A stretch of 12,300 nt of DNA. Source: Bdellovibrionia bacterium (lineage in GTDB: Bacteria > Bdellovibrionota > UBA1018). The translations under genes were made by a program, and so were the position numbers. The notes under the pieces are model-generated. The model was not told where the DNA came from and did not search any database. It worked only from the letters and a program-made list of their open reading frames with translations. Shown piece by piece: positions 1 through 6,756 of this stretch. The stretch's first letter is position 1. Each line of letters begins with the position of its first letter. The stretch is from contig JBJMMA010000135.1 in NCBI GenBank assembly GCA_045805065.1, positions 1-12,300 of the forward strand. Reading direction: 5' to 3'.

Positions 1-220
1 CTTTAAGACAAACAGCAAAATCAAATTTCGACCTATCCTTAGCGTTTGCCTGCTCGACCATCGAGTTCACGAAGTTCTTTGTGTCTTCAACTGTATTGGG
101 TCCCCAAAGCTCATACCGAGAAAACTCCGGAATTGCGCTGTAAAGATGCACGCGCGGCCAATCTTCGGTTCGATAGTTTCTTAAGAAGAGACGCGAAGTT
201 TGAAGAGGCAAAAGATCCAT
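1..220 (-). CDS. GNAT N-acetyltransferase, RimJ/RimL family (5' part; continues beyond left edge)
   Basis: Not in the ORF track. Manual translation from ATG at 220: MDLLPLQTSRLFLRNYRTEDWPRVHLYSAIPEFSRYELWGPNTVEDTKNFVNSMVEQANAKDRSKFDFAVCLK, open to the window edge. The 'L-x-T-x-RL-x-LR...ED' N-terminus and 'FAV' strand are typical of RimJ/RimL-like GNATs. Confidence 0.85.
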   Translation of the reverse strand, partial: MDLLPLQTSRLFLRNYRTEDWPRVHLYSAIPEFSRYELWGPNTVEDTKNFVNSMVEQANAKDRSKFDFAVCLK

Positions 221-227
221 AACAGAG

Positions 228-236
228 ATTATAGCA
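228..236 (-). promoter_or_regulatory. Extended -10 sigma70 promoter (TGnTATAAT) for the GNAT gene, probably leaderless
   Basis: Minus strand reads TGCTATAAT-ctctgtt-ATG: perfect extended -10 consensus 7 nt before the start codon, with no SD. Confidence 0.65.
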
Positions 237-379
237 TATGCAGGCTAGGCATCAGTAGTTCTGATGAGATCATATACCTATGAATAATTATTACTTCTGC
301 ATTCAGGCGCGTATAAGGCCTTTCGCCGGCGCAACGAATGAATTGCTGAAAAGAAACTTTTTAACTTTGGAGATTTAAA

Positions 380-772
380 ATGAAAACTTTGATGACTATC
401 GGAACCCTTTTGACTCTTAGCTCTGCCGCTTATGCTGCTCCTGTCACGTGCACGACTAACATCAGTCATGATGTTCGCCAGCCTTCGACTACTTTCACAA
501 TTGATACAAACCCACAAAGACAGACTTACGTCACCATGCAAACCCGAGGAGGTCTGGCCCAATTCATTACCGCTCCTCACACGTTCTTTGTCTCCGTTCA
601 ATCTCGCGGCCCAGAAGCCGTTGAGTATTTCAACGCCAAGGAAGACTTTGAACTGATGGTTGTGTATCAGCCGATTAATGGACAGATTCACGGGATGTAC
701 ACGGGTGACATCATGGGCCGCAGAGTTCAGGCTCCAGTCATTTGCGTCGTAGCTATGCCGTCTTACCGCTAA
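380..772 (+). CDS. Small secreted hypothetical protein (130 aa, Sec signal peptide)
   Basis: GGAG SD at 369-372; MKTLMTIGTLLTLSSAAYA|A has an AxA cleavage site; beta-rich mature region with one Cys near each end; followed by a terminator. Confidence 0.85.
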   Translation: MKTLMTIGTLLTLSSAAYAAPVTCTTNISHDVRQPSTTFTIDTNPQRQTYVTMQTRGGLAQFITAPHTFFVSVQSRGPEAVEYFNAKEDFELMVVYQPINGQIHGMYTGDIMGRRVQAPVICVVAMPSYR

Positions 773-777
773 GCTTT

Positions 778-823
778 TATTAAAAAGTCCCAGGAGACTG
801 TGTTTTCCTGGGACTTTTTAATA
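778..823. terminator. Bidirectional intrinsic terminator
   Basis: Perfect 18-bp inverted repeat TATTAAAAAGTCCCAGGA (778-795) / TCCTGGGACTTTTTAATA (806-823) with A5/T5 flanks, between convergent stops at 772 and 825. Confidence 0.92.
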
Positions 824-824
824 C

Positions 825-2330
825 TTAGTGTTTGAGATCTTGATTGAGCGGAGTGAGATCTGTCTTTCCGCCATCACCGCTTGAGATTACCCCAGGGCGG
901 CCCAGAAGATGCTGATCTCCATCGATGATCTCTTTTGGAAAAAGCTTGCGGACAGAATCATCAAGGCATGACGAATAGTTTTTGCCGGAAATCAGAATCC
1001 ATTTCACCTCGCGCTTTTGAGCAGCGAGGTTCACGGTCTGGCAGTCAGCGAGCTTCGTGGTTTTGCCTGTGTAGAAGCGGATCAGGTTTGCATAGTCGTT
1101 GAAATGACCATAAGGCTGGCCCCCCTCGACCATCACGACTTCATCGCGCTCATCTCCGCCTGCTGCCTGAATATAAGGAATAAAGCGGCGGAGAGATGGG
1201 AAAGACTCCGGCGCAAGCTGGATGGGAGAAACCAGGATCACGGTCGCTGCAAGCATCGTCAGCACCGTAAAGCCGCGATAAAAATCGCTCTCTTTCTTCT
1301 CCAGCCAGTAGGTCAAAGGCTGCGCAGCAATCAGGGCCAGGAAAGGATACGCAGGAACAAAGTAATGCGGATACTTCACTCTGAGGCATGAAATCCCAAC
1401 GATCATGATGGCGGCAGCGCTCAGCGGAACAACAAACTCCGCGCGACGAAAGCGAAAGAAAACAATGCTCCAGACAATTCCCACTGCCAGAAAAACTGAC
1501 CAGGGCAGATAGCTTCCGCGAAGCACGTCCACAAACATCAACGGGTCAAACTGGTGTTGTACTTCAGCGGGAACCGGTGTTGCTGAGAAAAAGCTCACCC
1601 AATAATCGCGAACGATATCCCAGCTGCCGAAAACCCCTGTAAAGATCCAAATGAGCGCGCCCACACCCAGTGCGATCGCAAGCGAGACACACCATGGCTT
1701 CATCTTTTTGAAAACATCGAGTCTCAAAAGATGAACAATAAGCATGGACGGATAAAGAACAAGTGCCACGGGGGACTTGAACCAGATTCCAAGACCTGCA
1801 GCGACACCGGCAAGCGCGTACTTTCCGCGCTCCCAGAAAATAAACGACGCCAGGATAAAGAAAAGCATCACGCCATCGAGATGCGCATTCAGGCCGTCGC
1901 GAATAAAATCACGACTTAAGACCAGGATGATGGCTGCAACAATCCCCAGAACATTGGACCGCAAAGTGCGACCTAACGTAAAGGTCAGCATGACTGTTCC
2001 GACGGAGAAGAGTCCAGGAACCAGCTTTGCGACCCAGGTGGTTGAGCCCAAAAGTCTCATCACCCAACCCGTCAAAGCAAAATAGGTCACGGGCAAATTG
2101 GATGGAAACTGGGAGACAAATCCATGAGCCGTTGTGCTCATGGCATAGGCAGCATGAGCGGCAGCATCGGTTGCGGGGAGAGTCGACTCGCTCGATTTTG
2201 CGAAAAAGATAATCAGAGCAAAGCAAAAAAGCGCGATAGCTGCAGCAAGCGCATCGCCTCGAAGCGGAGCGGGTGAATAGGGAGAACTCGTTGGGACTTC
2301 AGAACCGGCGTATTCGGCTGTGTCGGACAA
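825..2330 (-). CDS. ArnT/PMT-like (GT-C fold) polytopic membrane glycosyltransferase
   Basis: 501 aa with many TM helices. Motifs resemble the ArnT/PMT_2 family: 'P-x-TYF...W...LG...W-x-AKL-x-P', 'A-x-LD...LFF', 'G...GLG...KSP', 'K-x-PHY-x-VP-x-YP-x-LAL'. TTG start has a GGAG SD 8 nt upstream. Substrate unknown. Confidence 0.8.
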   Translation of the reverse strand: MSDTAEYAGSEVPTSSPYSPAPLRGDALAAAIALFCFALIIFFAKSSESTLPATDAAAHAAYAMSTTAHGFVSQFPSNLPVTYFALTGWVMRLLGSTTWVAKLVPGLFSVGTVMLTFTLGRTLRSNVLGIVAAIILVLSRDFIRDGLNAHLDGVMLFFILASFIFWERGKYALAGVAAGLGIWFKSPVALVLYPSMLIVHLLRLDVFKKMKPWCVSLAIALGVGALIWIFTGVFGSWDIVRDYWVSFFSATPVPAEVQHQFDPLMFVDVLRGSYLPWSVFLAVGIVWSIVFFRFRRAEFVVPLSAAAIMIVGISCLRVKYPHYFVPAYPFLALIAAQPLTYWLEKKESDFYRGFTVLTMLAATVILVSPIQLAPESFPSLRRFIPYIQAAGGDERDEVVMVEGGQPYGHFNDYANLIRFYTGKTTKLADCQTVNLAAQKREVKWILISGKNYSSCLDDSVRKLFPKEIIDGDQHLLGRPGVISSGDGGKTDLTPLNQDLKH

Positions 2331-2356
2331 TTTTGATTCTCCGGTGTCTCACGGAC

Positions 2357-3340
2357 TTAAGTGCTTTGCACAGGTGGCGCAACGGTTTGCAGCGGAAGCG
2401 CCTGGCCCCGGCCCTTCAAACCGTTCAAAAAACCGCCTGCGTCGACTTCTTTCTTACCGTCCCATTGAACGGTCAAAAGCTCAAGGGCTCCCTCTGAAGT
2501 TCCAAGAAGAACCATTCCAGCTTTCTCAAAAATCTTTCCTTGAGGACCGCTGATATCAGCGTGAGGGCGGGCGCGCTTTACTTTCAAACGCGAAGTCTTT
2601 CCCTGGCCATCATCGATCCAAAGACTCGTTCCAGGCCATGGACTCAATCCACGAACATTCAGTCCAAGCTGACGCGCGCTCTTGGAAGGATCGAGCCATT
2701 CCATCTCTTTCGTGAGCTTGGAGGCGTAAGTGACTTGCGACTCATCTTGAGCGATGCCGCGGATTTCACCACTGGCAAGCCCGTTCAAAGTCGGAACAAT
2801 GAGCTCAGCTCCCATTTTTGAGAGTCGATCATGAAGCGAGCCAGCAGTATCGTCCCCGGAAACCGGGGTCTTGGATTGAAGAAGAATATCTCCCGCATCG
2901 AGCTTTTCAACCAAACGCATCGTGGTTACGCCCGATTCGGAGTCGCCCCCTAAGATAGCCCATTGAATCGGAGCAGCACCCCGCCAGCGAGGCAGAAGCG
3001 ATGAGTGAATGTTCACAAAGCCCAGACGTGGAACGTCAAGCCAGCTCTGCTTGAGAATTTTTCCGTAAGCCACAACGACCACGACATCAGGCCTGAAGCT
3101 TTTCAAGCGCTCAAGCTCTTCGGGAGGTGATAACTTTTCGGGCTGAAAAACAGGAAGACCCAATTCCAACGCACGCTTTTTCACAGGCGTTGGCTTGAGT
3201 TCAAGTCCACGACCCACTGCTTTGTCCGGCTGAGTGTAGACTGCGACGATCTCGTGATGAGCCGAAGCCTCATGAATCGCATCCAATGGAGGCACAGCAA
3301 ACTCAGGCGTTCCCATGAACACCACTCGAAGCTTTGTCAC
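2357..3340 (-). CDS. fmt: Methionyl-tRNA formyltransferase
   Basis: VVFMGTPEFA, VYTQPDK..GRG, VVAYG, NIHSSLLPRWRGAAPIQWAI, LDAGDI motifs; directly downstream of def; AAAGGAG SD before the GTG start. Confidence 0.97.
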   Translation of the reverse strand: MTKLRVVFMGTPEFAVPPLDAIHEASAHHEIVAVYTQPDKAVGRGLELKPTPVKKRALELGLPVFQPEKLSPPEELERLKSFRPDVVVVVAYGKILKQSWLDVPRLGFVNIHSSLLPRWRGAAPIQWAILGGDSESGVTTMRLVEKLDAGDILLQSKTPVSGDDTAGSLHDRLSKMGAELIVPTLNGLASGEIRGIAQDESQVTYASKLTKEMEWLDPSKSARQLGLNVRGLSPWPGTSLWIDDGQGKTSRLKVKRARPHADISGPQGKIFEKAGMVLLGTSEGALELLTVQWDGKKEVDAGGFLNGLKGRGQALPLQTVAPPVQST

Positions 3341-3371
3341 CTGCGCGATCTCCTTTGATTAAAATCGTGAA

Positions 3372-3998
3372 TTAGAAGTGTTTCTTCTTGGCCTTGCCGG
3401 GCGCGGCTTGCATCAAAAGCTCTTCTTCGCGCATCATCCGCTCTTCGCGAAGAGCCTTTTTAACCTTCTCTTTTTTGAGCGGGCTCAAGCGGTCAATGAA
3501 AAGCGTTCCATCCAGATGATCCATCTCGTGCTGGATCGCAACCGCAAGAAGTCCTTCGGCAGAAAGCGTCTTGGTCAGGCCATCAATATCCGTGTACTCA
3601 AGCTTGAGCTTTTCAGCGCGCTTCACTTCGGCGTTGTACTCAGGAACGGAAAGGCAGCCTTCTTCGAAAAGAATGGAGCCTTCTTTGTGAATGATCTTTG
3701 GATTGATGATGATCTGAGGCTTGCGGTTCTTGATGATGCCACCACCGACGACTTCGACACCCTCAGGAGGCTTTACTCCGTCAGGCAGCTTTTCGTAGTC
3801 GTACTCGGTATCGAGCACCAGAATGCGCTCAAGAATTCCAACCTGGTTGGCCGCTAGTCCGATGCCAGGGGCGTCGTACATGGTTTCCAGCATGTCATCT
3901 GCCAGTTTGAAGTGAACGCCCTTTTCAACACGAGCGATCGGCGATGCCTTTTTGGTGAGAACCATGTCTGGGAAGGTATAAATCTTAAGCTTGGCCAT
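3372..3998 (-). CDS. def: Peptide deformylase
   Basis: All three PDF motifs present: GIGLAANQVG, EGCLS, QHEMDHLDG; canonical def-fmt pair. Confidence 0.98.
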   Translation of the reverse strand: MAKLKIYTFPDMVLTKKASPIARVEKGVHFKLADDMLETMYDAPGIGLAANQVGILERILVLDTEYDYEKLPDGVKPPEGVEVVGGGIIKNRKPQIIINPKIIHKEGSILFEEGCLSVPEYNAEVKRAEKLKLEYTDIDGLTKTLSAEGLLAVAIQHEMDHLDGTLFIDRLSPLKKEKVKKALREERMMREEELLMQAAPGKAKKKHF

Positions 3999-4008
3999 TT
4001 AAGGCCGT

Positions 4009-4036
4009 AACTTAGCACAGAATGGTCCTGATTCAA
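4009..4036 (-). promoter_or_regulatory. Putative sigma70 promoter for def-fmt
   Basis: Minus strand TTGAAT-16 nt-TAAGTT with TGn extension (TGCTAAGTT), 10 nt before the def ATG. Confidence 0.45.
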
Positions 4037-4064
4037 AATGTCGGATAATTTCTTATCGGCTCCC

Positions 4065-5141
4065 TTAACGCCTTTGGCGGTAGAGCAAAAACCCAGCAAA
4101 AGCAAAGAAGACGACACTTGGGAGCCAGGCGGCAAACCAGGGCGCGAGGGACCCGTTTCGTCCTAACGAGAGCGAAATCGAATAAAACAGCCAATAGATG
4201 AAAGTAACTCCCAGACAGACGCCCAAGTCCTTGGCAGCGCCCCCCTCACGACGGCCCCGCAAGGAGAATGGAACAGCCAAAAAGCACATCACGATGGGAA
4301 TGAAGCTTTGGCTGATCTTGGAATGAAAGCTGACCTCATAGGACTTGGTATTGGCGCCAGCGTCCTTCACTTTCTGGATGTAGCGATAGAGTTCCTTTAA
4401 GCGAAGGCCATCGACTTCTTTTTCGATCTCTTGGAAATCCCGTGGGGTTTCATTGATGACCAGGTCTTTTTTGTCAAACTTCTGGGTCATCGGGAAGGAG
4501 TCGTCCTTATTGAAGACGGTCACCGTACCGTCCGCAAGCTTCCAACCGTTGGTCGTATAGTCTGCGCGCTTTGCATCGACGACTTCGATTAGATTGAAAT
4601 TCTCATCAAACGTGTAAACCGCCATCCCCTTGATCGCGTTCTCCTTGGGATCAAAGAGCTGCAGATTGTAGATGAGATTTTTTGAGCGGTACCAGATCTT
4701 GTCCTTCTTGATGTCGAGGAAGAAGTCAGGCCGGTTCCTCATGACCTTCCAATAGTACACCTGCTGCTTCTTGTGGGTGATCGGGACGATCCGGTCCTGC
4801 ATGATCAACACAAAGCAACATACGATGAATACCAGCGAGAGAATCAGGGCCATGATTCGGGTAATCCCGATCCCAATCGCATGACAGGCAATGAGCTCAT
4901 TGGTGCGCGTCAAACCTGAAAGCGTAAAGACCGTCGCCAAAAGCACGGCGGGAGGCATCATTTGAACCATAATCGCGGGAACGTTCAGAAGCTGGTGAAT
5001 CACAATCTGACTGCCCGGAAATTCGTGCTCAAATAGCTTCGAGAGCATTTCCTGAAACAGGAAAAGGCAGGTCATGGAGAGCACGGCGAGGAGGAAGTTC
5101 TTGAGGAACACTCCTGCCAGGTAGCGGTCTAGGATTTTCAT
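4065..5141 (-). CDS. lptG: LPS export ABC transporter permease, LptF/LptG (YjgP/YjgQ) family, most like LptG
   Basis: 358 aa; MKILDRYL start, 'L...NEL-x-A...G' coupling helix, periplasmic beta-rich middle, three C-terminal TMs ending 'LG..G.L.P..AAWLP..F'. Confidence 0.88.
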   Translation of the reverse strand: MKILDRYLAGVFLKNFLLAVLSMTCLFLFQEMLSKLFEHEFPGSQIVIHQLLNVPAIMVQMMPPAVLLATVFTLSGLTRTNELIACHAIGIGITRIMALILSLVFIVCCFVLIMQDRIVPITHKKQQVYYWKVMRNRPDFFLDIKKDKIWYRSKNLIYNLQLFDPKENAIKGMAVYTFDENFNLIEVVDAKRADYTTNGWKLADGTVTVFNKDDSFPMTQKFDKKDLVINETPRDFQEIEKEVDGLRLKELYRYIQKVKDAGANTKSYEVSFHSKISQSFIPIVMCFLAVPFSLRGRREGGAAKDLGVCLGVTFIYWLFYSISLSLGRNGSLAPWFAAWLPSVVFFAFAGFLLYRQRR

Positions 5142-5154
5142 AACGCGTACCCTG

Positions 5155-5183
5155 AGCTTAGCACCTTGAGTTTTGCTCTACAA
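5155..5183 (-). promoter_or_regulatory. Putative sigma70 promoter for lptG
   Basis: Minus strand TTGTAG-17 nt-TAAGCT with TGn extension (TGCTAAGCT), 13 nt before the ATG at 5141. Confidence 0.45.
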
Positions 5184-5215
5184 CTTGAGCGACAGAAGAG
5201 TTATCGTAGGGCTCT

Positions 5216-6016
5216 ATGGCAACCAGTCAGCAAGACTCAGAAGACACCTCTGCTTCTCAAGCCCCCCAACCTTCCCAGCCTTCCCAACCTTCAAGGTTCC
5301 GCTGGATTGTCGAAAATCTGACGTCCCTGGCGCTCGCTTTGCTCATCGTTTTCATGATCCGCTCAAGCGTTGTGGAAGCCTTCAAAATTCCTTCGGGCTC
5401 GATGATCCCCACTCTTTTGATCGGCGATCATATCTTCGTCAATAAATTCGCGTACGGTCTTAAAATCCCGTTCTCTGACTGGGTCACGGACCATCCGATT
5501 TATATCGTAAAGCGCGACCTGCCTAAACGCGGCGACATCGTGGTGTTTCTCTTCCCTAAGGACGAGAGCTATCACTACATCAAGCGTGTCATCGGGGTTC
5601 CAGGCGATAAGATCGAGCTCAAGAACAAGGTTCTGTACATCAATGATAAGATCGCCGAGCGGCAGCCGCTTCCAACGGATCAGCAGGAATCCATTCTCAA
5701 GTCCCTGGATGATCCCAAGTACAGCCCAAGAAACATCGAAGTGTATCATGAGAAGCTCGATCAGGTGGATCACCTCATGATGATTGATAAGAACAATTTC
5801 ATGGCTGAAAGCTTTGGCCCGATCTCCGTTCCGCCCGATAGCCTTTTTGTCATGGGCGATAATCGTGACTTTTCAAACGATAGCCGCTTCTGGGGCTTCG
5901 TCCCGATGAAGAACGTCAAGGGCAAGGCGATGATCATCTGGCTCTCGCTCTGGCTCGATTTCCAGGAAAAGCAATACAACTTCAGGCCAAACCGAATCGG
6001 AACGATTCTGAATTAA
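5216..6016 (+). CDS. lepB: Signal peptidase I
   Basis: Single N-terminal TM; box B IPSGSMIPTL (catalytic Ser), box C RGDIVVF, box D YIKRVIG (catalytic Lys), box E MGDNRDFSNDSRFWG. Confidence 0.97.
   Translation: MATSQQDSEDTSASQAPQPSQPSQPSRFRWIVENLTSLALALLIVFMIRSSVVEAFKIPSGSMIPTLLIGDHIFVNKFAYGLKIPFSDWVTDHPIYIVKRDLPKRGDIVVFLFPKDESYHYIKRVIGVPGDKIELKNKVLYINDKIAERQPLPTDQQESILKSLDDPKYSPRNIEVYHEKLDQVDHLMMIDKNNFMAESFGPISVPPDSLFVMGDNRDFSNDSRFWGFVPMKNVKGKAMIIWLSLWLDFQEKQYNFRPNRIGTILN
5258..5293 (+). repeat. In-frame 9-bp tandem repeat (QAP-QPS-QPS-QPS) in the LepB N-terminal tail
   Basis: CAAGCCCCC CAACCTTCC CAGCCTTCC CAACCTTCA. Confidence 0.75.
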
Positions 6017-6747
6017 GAACGCGCGCGGATTTTGTGCGCGATCCGATCCAGGCACAACGCCATCGTCTTTCTCACCGCTTGGGGAAGAAAGTAGGTGCCA
6101 TCAGCCAGAGTCGGTCCTGCCTTGTAGTAAGTCCAAATAAAGGCGCGTCCTGCGAAGTGCTTTCTTAAAACCTGGTCTCGATAAAGCCTGAGAGTGGGAA
6201 TCGTCTCAAACTCGATTTCATCAGACAAAGCGGTCGCAATGAAGCAGCTATCCTTGCCGCCTAAAAGCTTATAGGCATTCTTGAACTCCTGCCTGTGCTT
6301 TGGGCGATTGGTGAGCAGGTAGCGCCTGATCTGTTCAGCGCACATCGGCTCCCAGGTCGTGCTTTTGGAGAAGAGAATGAACTTCTCCATGTAATGATGA
6401 AAGAGCTTCACCTTTTCGGCCGACTCCGTTTGATCAAAGACTTTGGCCAGATCCCAATACAGGCCCGAGAGCATGAGCAGATCGCCCATTTCGCGCGTGT
6501 AATCAAAGTTGGACGGAGTCAGAGCTCCATCGTTCACGCCTTTCCAGTCTTCCAGAAGCTTGACGTAGGACTGATAATAAACGACGGCTTCGGCGTATTT
6601 CTTTTGCTGAGCAGCGGCAAGGCCATTCGTAATGAACTCGAGGCGCTTTTTGATGAGCTGCTTTCGGCGCTCATCTTCAGCGAGCTTCATCTGCTGCTCA
6701 ACCTGTTTTCTTGCCCGATCCATGATCGAGTCCTTGGGCTTGGCCAT
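6013..6747 (-). CDS. CFI-box-CTERM domain protein with a helical, TPR-like N-terminal region
   Basis: C-terminal GGKDSCFIATA...LRLYRDQVL...GRAFIWTYYKAGP matches the CFI-box-CTERM signature (CFIATA..LR.fRD..L...G..f...YY..sP). Starts 9 nt after the priA stop; stop overlaps the lepB stop (TTAA). Confidence 0.82.
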   Translation of the reverse strand: MAKPKDSIMDRARKQVEQQMKLAEDERRKQLIKKRLEFITNGLAAAQQKKYAEAVVYYQSYVKLLEDWKGVNDGALTPSNFDYTREMGDLLMLSGLYWDLAKVFDQTESAEKVKLFHHYMEKFILFSKSTTWEPMCAEQIRRYLLTNRPKHRQEFKNAYKLLGGKDSCFIATALSDEIEFETIPTLRLYRDQVLRKHFAGRAFIWTYYKAGPTLADGTYFLPQAVRKTMALCLDRIAHKIRARS

Positions 6748-6756
6748 AATAGAAGC

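Noticed and set aside
314..340. TAAG-N15-AACGAATG as a sigma28 promoter for the secreted protein
   Set aside because: The -10 element matches the consensus too poorly.
825..3998. def-fmt-arnT-like cluster as a cryptic Ara4N formylation/deformylation pathway
   Set aside because: Fmt and Def carry canonical translation-related motifs and are not ArnA or ArnD (different domain architecture and fold).
4040..4060. GCCGATAA (sigma28 -10) and a weak GATAA-GAAA-TTATC hairpin after lptG
   Set aside because: No TAAA-like -35 at 15-nt spacing; the 5-bp AU-rich stem is too weak to call a terminator.
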